Source of the DNA: Spirosomataceae bacterium
GTDB lineage: Bacteria > Bacteroidota > Bacteroidia > Cytophagales > Spirosomataceae
Reading direction: 5' to 3'
Length of the DNA stretch: 64,000 nt
NCBI GenBank assembly: GCA_046329125.1
Contig: JAXLVD010000017.1
Coordinates: forward strand, 16,048-80,047
The position numbers were made by a program, and so were the translations under genes. This document shows, piece by piece, positions 47,805-56,714 of the stretch (its first letter is position 1; each line of letters opens with the position of its first letter). Below the pieces are notes generated by a model. That model saw only the letters and a list, made by a program, of their open reading frames with translations. It was not told the DNA's origin and ran no database searches.

Positions 47805-50402
47805 TTATTCGGTTTTCAAACTCCTCACCGGATTCATCAGGGCGGCTTTGATGGCCTGAAAACTGACGGTCAGCAACGCGATCAGGATAGAGCCTAAGCC
47901 TGCGGCGGCAAATATCCACCAGGATAGTTCGGTGCGGTAATCGTACTTTTGAAGCCAATCATTCAGTAAGTAATAGGCAATGGGAGCGGCGATAAAGCAA
48001 GAAATCAGGACCAGTAGCACAAAATCTTTGGAAAGCATTTGCCAAAGACCCGTTACGGTAGCCCCTAACACTTTTCGGATACCGATTTCTTTGGTGCGTT
48101 GCTCGGCCACAAAAGAGGCCAATCCAAACAAGCCAAGGCAGGAAATAAAAATGGCCAAAATGGCAAAGAAGGCGGATAATTTACCGATACGCTCTTCATC
48201 GCTGAACTTACGACCGTATACCTGATCAACAAATTGGTATTCAAACGGAGCGTCGGGGTTATATTTTTTGAATACGCCGGCTACTTTATCAAGCGCCTCA
48301 TGGGTAGCCAATGCAGGAGCAAGTTTGAGGCTAATGACGGTGACGGCATTATAGTTGACGGTAAAAAAGGAAGGGCTGACCGGTTCAAAGGGAGATTGCC
48401 GAATCATGTTTTTAACCACACCGATCACTTTATAGGCTTTTCCATTGTAATTGATCATTTCGCCGATGGGGTGCGTAAAGCCCATGAGTTGTAGGGCCGT
48501 TTCGTTGATAATGATGGCGGACGAATCCGTGGAAAAATCTTTGGAAAAATCACGTCCCTGCAACACTTTCCAACCTACCGTTTGGCCGTAATCATGGGTT
48601 ATTTGGTTGGAATTGAGCAATGGCTGGGTGTCCGGGGATTTACCTTTCCAGAAAACATTGGTGGTACCTCCGTACTGACTTGTAATCGACCCGCCTGATT
48701 CCGAAAACCCGGCCACTGCGCCGGTATTGAGCAAGTCGTTGCGCATGGCTTCATAATGTCCGTAGAGTTCGGGCGTATTCATGTTGATTTCGATCAATCG
48801 GCTTTGTTCGTAACCTGCCGGGCGATTCTTGGCGTGTTGGATTTGTCTGAAAACGGTAATGATGCCGATCATTAATGTGATGGAAACCGTAAATTGAAAT
48901 ACCACCAATACCTTGCGGGGAACGGAAGCGAAGCGAGACACTTTAAAGGTTCCTTTCAGCACTTTAAGGGGTTGAAAAGAGGAGAGATAGAGCGCCGGAT
49001 AGCTGCCGGCAATCAAGCCGGTGAGTAAACTGAACCCAAGTCCAAAGAGCCAAAAGAAGGGGTTTGACCATAAAATAGCCACCCTTTTATCCGCGATTTC
49101 ATTGAAAAAAGGTAAGGCGAGTTGGGTAAAGATCAGAGCCAGTACAAAAGCAATGAGGGTAATGACCAGCGATTCGCTCAAAAACTGAAAAATTAACTGC
49201 CCGCGAATGGAACCGATCGCTTTGCGGATGCCCACCTCTTTGGCGCGTTTTTCGGAGCGGGCGGTACTCAGGTTCATGAAATTGATGCAGGCCAGCAACA
49301 ACACAAATACCCCGATACTGCCGAAAAGCCAAACGAAATAAACGATTCCACCGGCATTTTTGCCGTCTTTAAAATCAGTGTACAGGTGCCATTGGCTCAT
49401 CGGATGCAGGAAAAAGGCAGGCTTGTATTTGGGCGGGTCTGCCCTTTTCATGCGGATATCTTTTATCTTAGCCGAAACGGATTCTACGTTAGGTCCTTCC
49501 TTTAATTGAGCAAACAGCTGAAAGGAGTTTTCGTCCCACTGGTCGGATGCTCTTTTGGCGTAATTATCGTTAGCGACAAACAACTCCCACGGAGCCAAAA
49601 AAAGCACCTCCCGGAAGGCACTGTTGTAAGGCATATCTTCATAGACACCGGTTACTTTCACATCTGTTTTATTGCCCATTCGTATGATTTTATTCAGGGG
49701 GTTTTCGTTCCCGAAAAAGGCTTTGGCCGTAGATTCAGCAAGTAAAATAGAGTGAATGTCGTTTAACCCGTCATGGTTGCCGGCCAGCATTTTAAAGGAC
49801 ATCATATCGATAAAGTCCGGCTGAACGTAATTGCCGCTTTTGGTCAATTTTTTATCGCCCGCCGCCAGAATCACGTCGCGGGTATAGGTAGAAACGCTGG
49901 TGGCCTGAAAATCGGGGTAGTGAGCGCGAAGCTCTTCCGCCATCGGAATAGGTACGGAATTGTAGGAAGAAATGGTGCCGTCAAAATTGACAAATTGCCA
50001 CACTTGGGCAATGCGGTCGTAGTTTTTGTGACTTTTATTGAACGACAGTTCATCCCATACCCATAAGCCAATAAGCATGGCCACGGCCATACCGGTAGCT
50101 AAGCCGAAAATGTTGATGAATGAGTAGCCTTTGTGTTTCAAAAGGTTGCGCAGAGTGATTTTAAAATAATTGCGTATCATGGTCGGGCTGTATAAATAAG
50201 TGGTTGGAAATTCATTGGGTTTACGTTTGATATTTGACCAACGGATGTAGGTCAGCGCATCGCGCCAATAGCGTTGACGGGCTCTGTCTTGTCCTAGCCG
50301 TTTGACTCGTAAGGCGTAGCGCTCGTGCAAATCGCCAAAGATTTCCTCCCGCAAATGCGGGGCGATCAGGCGTTGGAGCAGTTTGTCAATCAGTGGTTTC
50401 AT
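47805..50402 (-). CDS. P12: orphan double-FtsX permease, class-D prefix, body subfamily I
   Basis: 865 aa. MKPLIDKLLQRLIAPHLREEIFGDLHERYALRVKRLG. Loops RSEKRAKEVGIRK and EQRTKEIGIRK. Confidence 0.9.
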   Translation of the reverse strand: MKPLIDKLLQRLIAPHLREEIFGDLHERYALRVKRLGQDRARQRYWRDALTYIRWSNIKRKPNEFPTTYLYSPTMIRNYFKITLRNLLKHKGYSFINIFGLATGMAVAMLIGLWVWDELSFNKSHKNYDRIAQVWQFVNFDGTISSYNSVPIPMAEELRAHYPDFQATSVSTYTRDVILAAGDKKLTKSGNYVQPDFIDMMSFKMLAGNHDGLNDIHSILLAESTAKAFFGNENPLNKIIRMGNKTDVKVTGVYEDMPYNSAFREVLFLAPWELFVANDNYAKRASDQWDENSFQLFAQLKEGPNVESVSAKIKDIRMKRADPPKYKPAFFLHPMSQWHLYTDFKDGKNAGGIVYFVWLFGSIGVFVLLLACINFMNLSTARSEKRAKEVGIRKAIGSIRGQLIFQFLSESLVITLIAFVLALIFTQLALPFFNEIADKRVAILWSNPFFWLFGLGFSLLTGLIAGSYPALYLSSFQPLKVLKGTFKVSRFASVPRKVLVVFQFTVSITLMIGIITVFRQIQHAKNRPAGYEQSRLIEINMNTPELYGHYEAMRNDLLNTGAVAGFSESGGSITSQYGGTTNVFWKGKSPDTQPLLNSNQITHDYGQTVGWKVLQGRDFSKDFSTDSSAIIINETALQLMGFTHPIGEMINYNGKAYKVIGVVKNMIRQSPFEPVSPSFFTVNYNAVTVISLKLAPALATHEALDKVAGVFKKYNPDAPFEYQFVDQVYGRKFSDEERIGKLSAFFAILAIFISCLGLFGLASFVAEQRTKEIGIRKVLGATVTGLWQMLSKDFVLLVLISCFIAAPIAYYLLNDWLQKYDYRTELSWWIFAAAGLGSILIALLTVSFQAIKAALMNPVRSLKTE

Positions 50403-50411
50403 GGCTTTGGG

Positions 50412-50473
50412 AGGTGAAAGTGCAAAGTGTAGAGGTGAAATTGGAAAGATTACAATACTTTACACTTTCACCT
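50412..50473 (-). repeat. Intercistronic hairpin (P13/P12 junction), GTGAAAGTGTAAAG family
   Basis: 17-nt arms AGGTGAAAGTGCAAAGT (50412-50428) / ACTTTACACTTTCACCT (50457-50473). The single mismatch is a G.U pair only in the minus-strand (sense) RNA. Confidence 0.6.
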
Positions 50474-50485
50474 TTACACGCTTTC

Positions 50486-53146
50486 TTATTCCGTTTTTAA
50501 ACTCTTGACCGGGTTCATTAAGGCGGCTTTGATGGCTTGGTAGCTGATTGTCAGCAGGGCAATGACGACAGCGGAAAGTCCGGCCAAAAGAAATACCCAC
50601 CATTCGACGCTGATGTGGTAAGCAAACTCTTCTAACCATTGCCGGGTGGCCCACCACGCTAACGGAAAAGCAATGCCGTTGGCGATCAGCACCAATTTCA
50701 GAAAATCTTTGGAAAGCAACGCAGTCAGGTTAAATACACTTGCCCCCAATACTTTACGAACGCCGATTTCTTTGATGCGTTGTTCCGCGGTGTAGGTGGC
50801 TAAGCCAAACAAGCCCAAACAGGCAATGAAGATCGTTGCCATTGCTGCCCAGATCAACATGCTTTCACGACGTTGGTCCTCGGCGTAAAAAAGTGCCAAT
50901 TGCTCATCTAAAAAATGGTACTCCAACAAATGGGACGGATCAATTTTGGTCAAAGTCTCGTTCATTTTAGCCAAGGTGGTCGGGATATCATTGCCGGTAA
51001 TTCTCGATGTAAAGTAGTCAATCGAATGCACCGGGTTGTTTTGGTAGGCCAATACCATCGGAGCGATTTTTTCGCGCAGTGACTGAAAATGAAAATCTTT
51101 CACAATGCCTACAACGCGCGCACGGAACGTTTGTCGGTTGTTAAGCGGGCCATAACTTCCTCCCATAGACCGCTCCGGGATTTCGATTAACTGTTCTGCT
51201 GCTTCGCTGATATTCAATGATTTAGCAGCTGTTTCATTCAACAGTACAGAAGTAGAATCTCCCGTTCCGGTGAAATTGCGGCCATTGATAACTTTTATTT
51301 CAAACGTGGCCGCAAAGTGTTCATCTACCCCCAGCAGGTAAGATATCTTGTGTTCATCTGTATTTCCTTCCGTACCTATCTTGACGGTCGGAATGTTTTT
51401 CCACTCGCCCGGTACGCGGGTCGTGACAGCTACATTCTTAACAGTCGGAATTTTACTGAATTCGTTTTTGATGGTTTGGGCGTTTTTCCGCACCTCTCCC
51501 GAATTAATGTCAACTACCAATAACAACTCTTTGTCAAATCCTAAGTCCTTATTGCTGACGTATTGAATCTGTTGAAATAAAACAATGGTTCCGATGATCA
51601 TTACGACGGAAATCGTAAACTGAAAAACCACTAACCCTTTTCGTAACGACATATCCCCTTTATTGTGAAGTTTAAGGTTTTTCAACAACGAAAGCGGGCT
51701 GAAGCGTGATAATAAAAAGGCGGGATAACTGCCGGACAGCAGCGCCGTCAGCAAAACGGCGGTGAGCGTGTAAAGCCAAATGCGATAGTCGGAATGTAAA
51801 CCCAAGGATAGCTGCTTTTGGGTGAAAGCGTTGAATGAGGGCAACAAGAGATTGACCAAAAGAACGGAAAGTGTAAAGGAAAGCAGTGTTACCAGCAAGG
51901 ATTCAAACAAAAACTGATTGATCAAATGACTGCGAAAGGCCCCGTTGGCTTTCCGGACGCCGATTTCTTTGGATCGATTGGAGGCGCGTGCCGTTGTCAG
52001 ATTCATGTAATTGATGCAGGCAATCAACAAAACGAAGAGGGCCACTGCCGCGAAAATCTTGATGTACAAAATACTGCTCTGCCCGGCAGCTTCGCCGGCA
52101 ATATGCCCGGAATGCAAATGCATGTCCGTCAGCGGTTGTAGGGTATAATCGGTCGTGGTGCCTGCCTCCGGTTTGAAATTAGCCCGGATCAACGAGTTGA
52201 TCTTCGTTCCGACGGCTTCAGGTCGGGCGTTTTCTTTTAACAACGCATATACTATATATTGATGCGACGACCAATCGGAGGCATTAAATTTCTGAAAATC
52301 AGCATCGTCATTAAACGTACTTTCTGATAAAAGTGATCCGAAATCAAAACTCGAATTGCTTGGATGGTTTTTAATGACAGCCGTGATTTTGAGCGGTTTG
52401 TCCGAAAAATCGAACTTGAGTGTTTTGCCGACTGCCTCGGTATTATTAAATAGTTTTTTGGCGATAGCTTCCGTGATCACAATGGAATTCGGCTCTTTTA
52501 AGGCGGTTCGATTTTCGCCGGCAATGGTCTCAAAATCAAAAACTTTCATAAAGTTCTCATCAGCCACAGTGATGGGTAAATGAAATTTACTTTTGGTTTC
52601 GGGATTGGCTAAATTATCCCTGCCGAATTCGGTGATACGTGCAGTGTTTTCTACTTCGGGAATACTTTTCTTCGACTCTTCGGCTAATTTATAGCTTACG
52701 GCGGCAATGGTGAGGTCGTCGGTTTTGGTCTTTTTATGCTCAATGACTCGATAGATACGGGAGGCATTACGGTGCAATTGGTCAAAGGTTAATTCGTCAA
52801 ATAAATACAACCCAATGAGGAGAAAACAGGTAATGCCAAACGTCAGACCGGCTACGTTGAGGGCCGTATATAACTTATGACGTGTCAGGGTTCGCAAGGC
52901 GATTTTGAAATAATTGCGTATCATAGTCGGGCTGTATAAATAAGAGGTTGGAAATTCATTGGGTTTACGTTTGATGTTTGACCAACGGACGTAAGTCAGC
53001 GCATCGCGCCAATAGCGTTGACGGGCTCTGACTTGGCTGAGTCGTTTGACTCGTAGGGCATAGCGCTCGTGCAAATCGCCAAAGATTTCCTCCCGCAAAT
53101 GGGGGGCGATCAGACGCCGGAGCAGTTTGTCAATCAGTGGTTTCAT
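50486..53146 (-). CDS. P13: orphan double-FtsX permease, class-D prefix, body subfamily III
   Basis: 886 aa. The N-terminal ~85 aa are nearly identical to P12, then the sequence diverges. Loops RASNRSKEIGVRK and EQRIKEIGVRK. Confidence 0.9.
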   Translation of the reverse strand: MKPLIDKLLRRLIAPHLREEIFGDLHERYALRVKRLSQVRARQRYWRDALTYVRWSNIKRKPNEFPTSYLYSPTMIRNYFKIALRTLTRHKLYTALNVAGLTFGITCFLLIGLYLFDELTFDQLHRNASRIYRVIEHKKTKTDDLTIAAVSYKLAEESKKSIPEVENTARITEFGRDNLANPETKSKFHLPITVADENFMKVFDFETIAGENRTALKEPNSIVITEAIAKKLFNNTEAVGKTLKFDFSDKPLKITAVIKNHPSNSSFDFGSLLSESTFNDDADFQKFNASDWSSHQYIVYALLKENARPEAVGTKINSLIRANFKPEAGTTTDYTLQPLTDMHLHSGHIAGEAAGQSSILYIKIFAAVALFVLLIACINYMNLTTARASNRSKEIGVRKANGAFRSHLINQFLFESLLVTLLSFTLSVLLVNLLLPSFNAFTQKQLSLGLHSDYRIWLYTLTAVLLTALLSGSYPAFLLSRFSPLSLLKNLKLHNKGDMSLRKGLVVFQFTISVVMIIGTIVLFQQIQYVSNKDLGFDKELLLVVDINSGEVRKNAQTIKNEFSKIPTVKNVAVTTRVPGEWKNIPTVKIGTEGNTDEHKISYLLGVDEHFAATFEIKVINGRNFTGTGDSTSVLLNETAAKSLNISEAAEQLIEIPERSMGGSYGPLNNRQTFRARVVGIVKDFHFQSLREKIAPMVLAYQNNPVHSIDYFTSRITGNDIPTTLAKMNETLTKIDPSHLLEYHFLDEQLALFYAEDQRRESMLIWAAMATIFIACLGLFGLATYTAEQRIKEIGVRKVLGASVFNLTALLSKDFLKLVLIANGIAFPLAWWATRQWLEEFAYHISVEWWVFLLAGLSAVVIALLTISYQAIKAALMNPVKSLKTE

Positions 53147-53155
53147 GGCTTTGGG

Positions 53156-53196
53156 AGGTGAAAGTGCAAAGATTATAATACTTTACACTTTCACCT
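53156..53196 (-). repeat. Intercistronic hairpin (P14/P13 junction), same family
   Basis: AGGTGAAAGTGCAAAG (53156-53171) - ATTATAATA - CTTTACACTTTCACCT (53181-53196). All 16 positions pair in the sense RNA, including one G.U. The hairpin ends 9 nt before the P13 ATG. Confidence 0.6.
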
Positions 53197-53208
53197 TTAC
53201 ACGCTTTC

Positions 53209-55911
53209 TTATTCCGTTTTCAAACTCTTCACCGGGTTCATTAGGGCGGCTTTGATGGCTTGGTAACTGACTGTAAGTAAAGCGATTCCGATGGCTGATA
53301 TGCCTGACAAGGCAAACATCCACCACTGTAAGTCAATATGATATGCGTATTCTGTCAGCCATGTTTTGGTAGCATACCAAGCGATCGGGAAAGCAATGGC
53401 AATAGCGATCAGCACCAATTTGATAAAATCTGTGGAAAGAAGAGTGACCAAGTTAGTGACCGAGGCACCTAATACTTTTCGCACGCCGATCTCTTTGGTT
53501 CTTTGCTCGGCAGTGTAGGTGGCCAAGCCAAACAGACCTAAACAGGCAATGAAAATTGTTGCTGCGGCTACCCAAATCAGCAGGCTTTGACGGCGGTGGT
53601 CTTCAATATAAAAAAGAGCCAGTTGTTCATCCAAAAAATGGTATTCAAACGGATCATCTTTATCTGCCTGTACCATTACGGCTTTGAGTTTATCTAATGT
53701 ACTCTGAATGTCTTTTGCTTCAATTCTTGCCGTATAATAATCAACGTCTTGAATCGGATTTTGAATATAGGCCAGCACCAACGGCTCTATTTTTGTGTGT
53801 AATGATTGGAAATGAAAATCTTTCACAATGCCGATGACACGGGGTTTAAAAGGGGTATTCAAAGTGCCGAACGATCCTCCGCTTGCTACCGAAGGAATAT
53901 CAATCACCTGACCCGAAGGTTCTGTGATATGGAGCATTTTTGCGGCAGTTTCGTTGATAATCACATGAACGGAATCCTGCGGATTATCAAAATTCCGGCC
54001 TTGTAAGAGCTGAACGTCAAAGGTTTTCATAAAATCTTTGTCTGCACCAAAATAGTAAGCAAAGCTATGGTCGTCGTTGTCTCCTTCTTTTTTTACTTTC
54101 ACCGTTCGATACGTTTTCCATTCTCCCGGTACTCTCGACGAGCCTGAAACGCTTTTTACGGTAGGGATTTTGGCCATTTCTGCTTTTATGACCTCAAATT
54201 TTGCTCGTGCTGTGCGTGTATTTACATCAATCACCACCATAAGCTCCTTGTTGAAACCCAAATTTGTGGTGTTCAAAAACTGAACCTGTTTAAAAAGTAC
54301 GATTGTACCCACAAGCATAATGGTAGAAATGGTAAACTGAAACACGATTAATCCTTTTCGTAAATTCAAACTGTCTGAGTTGTTGATTTTCATTCCTTTC
54401 AGCAATAAGACAGGTTTGAAACCCGATAACAAAAGCGCCGGATAAGAGCCTGATAAAACCCCGATTAAGAGCGTAGCCGCAAGGGTAATGAGCCAGATCC
54501 GATAGTCTGTGGTGAAGCCCAGCGAGAGCTGTTTGTTAGTAAAAGTGTTTAACACCGGCAAAATCACATTGACCATGACGACAGCCAATAGAAAAGAGAT
54601 ACTTGTGATAAGCAATGCTTCAAACAGAAACTGATAGATCAAATTGCTTCTGACTGCTCCGATTGACTTACGAACGCCGATTTCTTTCGAACGATTGGAG
54701 GCCCGAGCCGTGGCCAAATTCATGTAATTGATACCGGCAATAAGCAGCACAAAAAGGGCGATAAAAGAAAATATTTTGATATACAAAGGGTTACCTTGCG
54801 GTATGGCTTCCACATTCGAATTGCGGGCACCGTCTGTAATATTTTCGGATTGTAAATGTAACTCTTTGAGCGGCTGTAAACTGAACGAAAAAGTGGTACC
54901 CGGGTCAGGTTTGAAATGATCATTGATCAATTTTTTCAATTTACCGGCTACGATTTCAGGATTAGCCGTAGGTTTGAGCAGAGTATAAACCGTAAAGTTA
55001 TTGGATAGCCAGTCGTTTGCTGCAAATTGCTGTCGGAATGACTCACTGAAGGAAGCCTCGGAAAGAAGGTTATTAAAGTCAAAACTTGAATTGCGAGGAT
55101 GATTTTTGAATACACCGGTAATTTTGAGCGGCCGGTCTTTCATGAAACCATATTCCAACGTTTTACCCACAACTTGCGTATTACCGAATAGCCGCATCGC
55201 CAATTCTTCATTGATAATGATAGAATTAGGCTCCAGTAAAGCCGTTTTTACATTACCTGAAAGAAACGGGAAATCGAAAATCTCTAAAAAGTTTTGGTTA
55301 GCTACGGTAACGGTTTCCTGAAAATTGACCGGGTTGTCAGGGTTGACCAAATTGGCCCGACCCATGCGCATCATGCGCATGGTATTTTCAATTTCCCCAA
55401 TGGTTTTTTTGGACTCTTCTGCCAATTTATAGCCGGCACCTGCAATGACGCTCTCTTCACCTTTGACATTTTTGTGTTCAATGACTCGGTAGATTCGGTC
55501 AACTTTACTGTGTTGCCGGTCAAAGGTCAACTCATCAAATACATAAAGGCCAATAAGAAAAAAGCAGGTAAGACCGAACGTAAGACCGGCAATGTTAAGT
55601 GCCGAATAAAGTTTGTTCTGAACTAAATTGCGATAGGCAATTTTTAAATAGTTACGTAACATAAGCGGGCTGTAGGTGTAAGTGGTTGGAAATTCATTGG
55701 GTTTACGTTTGATGTTTGACCAACGGACGTAAGTCAGCGCATCGCGCCAATAGCGTTGACGGGCTCTGACTTGGCCGAGTCGTTTGACTCGTAGGGCATA
55801 GCGCTCGTGCAAATCGCCAAAGATTTCCTCCCGCAAATGCGGGGCGATCAGTCGATAAATCATCTTATCGGGCCATTGGGGCGGAAGCGGCTTTACGGGT
55901 TTGGGGCTCAT
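53209..55911 (-). CDS. P14: orphan double-FtsX permease, class-D prefix, body subfamily III
   Basis: I chose the ATG at 55911 (MSPKPVKPLPPQWPDKMIYRLIAPHLREEIFGDLHERY), 11 nt after the R4 stop. The longer ORF start at 55932 would overlap R4. Loops RASNRSKEIGVRK and EQRTKEIGVRK. Confidence 0.88.
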   Translation of the reverse strand: MSPKPVKPLPPQWPDKMIYRLIAPHLREEIFGDLHERYALRVKRLGQVRARQRYWRDALTYVRWSNIKRKPNEFPTTYTYSPLMLRNYLKIAYRNLVQNKLYSALNIAGLTFGLTCFFLIGLYVFDELTFDRQHSKVDRIYRVIEHKNVKGEESVIAGAGYKLAEESKKTIGEIENTMRMMRMGRANLVNPDNPVNFQETVTVANQNFLEIFDFPFLSGNVKTALLEPNSIIINEELAMRLFGNTQVVGKTLEYGFMKDRPLKITGVFKNHPRNSSFDFNNLLSEASFSESFRQQFAANDWLSNNFTVYTLLKPTANPEIVAGKLKKLINDHFKPDPGTTFSFSLQPLKELHLQSENITDGARNSNVEAIPQGNPLYIKIFSFIALFVLLIAGINYMNLATARASNRSKEIGVRKSIGAVRSNLIYQFLFEALLITSISFLLAVVMVNVILPVLNTFTNKQLSLGFTTDYRIWLITLAATLLIGVLSGSYPALLLSGFKPVLLLKGMKINNSDSLNLRKGLIVFQFTISTIMLVGTIVLFKQVQFLNTTNLGFNKELMVVIDVNTRTARAKFEVIKAEMAKIPTVKSVSGSSRVPGEWKTYRTVKVKKEGDNDDHSFAYYFGADKDFMKTFDVQLLQGRNFDNPQDSVHVIINETAAKMLHITEPSGQVIDIPSVASGGSFGTLNTPFKPRVIGIVKDFHFQSLHTKIEPLVLAYIQNPIQDVDYYTARIEAKDIQSTLDKLKAVMVQADKDDPFEYHFLDEQLALFYIEDHRRQSLLIWVAAATIFIACLGLFGLATYTAEQRTKEIGVRKVLGASVTNLVTLLSTDFIKLVLIAIAIAFPIAWYATKTWLTEYAYHIDLQWWMFALSGISAIGIALLTVSYQAIKAALMNPVKSLKTE

Positions 55912-55922
55912 AGAAAAATAGT

Positions 55923-56258
55923 TTAGCTCCATTTTAAAGTCACTTGCGGTACAATACGGTCCCAGAGATTATTCCGTACCTGTCGTACTTCATTCAATAC
56001 CCGACCGCCTAAGGCCGTCACCGTAAACATCCGTTTGCGGCGACCGCCCCGTTCGGCCGTAGCTTCACCTAAAAGAGAGGTGACGTAGCCTTTTTGTTCG
56101 AGCCGTTGCAAAGCGGCATGAACAGCACCGGTACTGACGGTCTGTTTGGTTTCCTGTTCCAGTTCTTCGGCTATGGATACGGAATATGCCTTGGGAGCAA
56201 GTACTGCTACCGTTAAAAGGACTACTTCTTCAAATTCACCTAAATCACTCCGTCGCAT
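55923..56258 (-). CDS. R4: PadR-family winged-HTH transcriptional regulator
   Basis: 111 aa. EFEEVVLLTVAVL..KAYS ... VHAALQRLEQKG ... ERGGRRKRMFTVTALG. Confidence 0.9.
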   Translation of the reverse strand: MRRSDLGEFEEVVLLTVAVLAPKAYSVSIAEELEQETKQTVSTGAVHAALQRLEQKGYVTSLLGEATAERGGRRKRMFTVTALGGRVLNEVRQVRNNLWDRIVPQVTLKWS

Positions 56259-56330
56259 GGATAAAGGGTTGGTTAAGCGCTGATTTTATTATATCTATTT
56301 CTGTATATAAAATACTTTGCCGGAAAATTG

Positions 56331-56361
56331 AATCGGCGATTTGAAGTAGAAATCGCCGATT
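56331..56361 (-). terminator. Terminator-like hairpin between O4 and the R4 start
   Basis: Perfect 12-bp stem AATCGGCGATTT - GAAGTAG - AAATCGCCGATT. On the minus strand it is followed by CAATTTTCC. Confidence 0.5.
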
Positions 56362-56385
56362 TTGGGAAAATCTGAAAAATAGAAT

Positions 56386-56422
56386 TGTCCAAAAACGGAC
56401 AGGTTTCGTACGATGGTGGACG
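56386..56422. promoter_or_regulatory. O4: bipartite palindromic site upstream of R4
   Basis: TGTCC-AAAAAC-GGACA (56386-56401) plus CGTAC-GATGGT-GGACG (56407-56422). It is 128 nt upstream of the R4 ATG. Confidence 0.6.
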
Positions 56423-56441
56423 AAGGCGAAAAAAGGTTGAA

Positions 56442-56714
56442 GGGTAGAGTGTAAATGAATTGGTTTACAAAGTTGTACCTATCGTTTTAACCCCTATCTC
56501 CGTCCCTTGCGGTCCGCCGCCGCGGCCCCTTTCAGGAGAAAGGGAGCTGCAAGAAGTCCCTCCACTGAAAGGGGAGGGATTTAGGGTGGGGTTGTGTATA
56601 ACCTAACAAACCAATTCATGTAAAGGTTAAGGGGAGATTGTAAAGACAGTGGAACGAATATCGGTTAATCTTTTTTACACTCTCATTACAACCTTGCCTC
56701 TTTTCACTCTACCC
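56442..56714. repeat. 273-bp nested-palindrome element (MITE-like or structured RNA)
   Basis: Four concentric inverted repeats: GGGTAGAGTG (56442-56451) / CACTCTACCC (56705-56714); ATGAATTGGTTT (56455-56466) / AAACCAATTCAT (56608-56619); AACCCC (56489-56494) / GGGGTT (56588-56593); CCCCTTTCAG (56526-56535) / CTGAAAGGGG (56565-56574). Confidence 0.55.
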
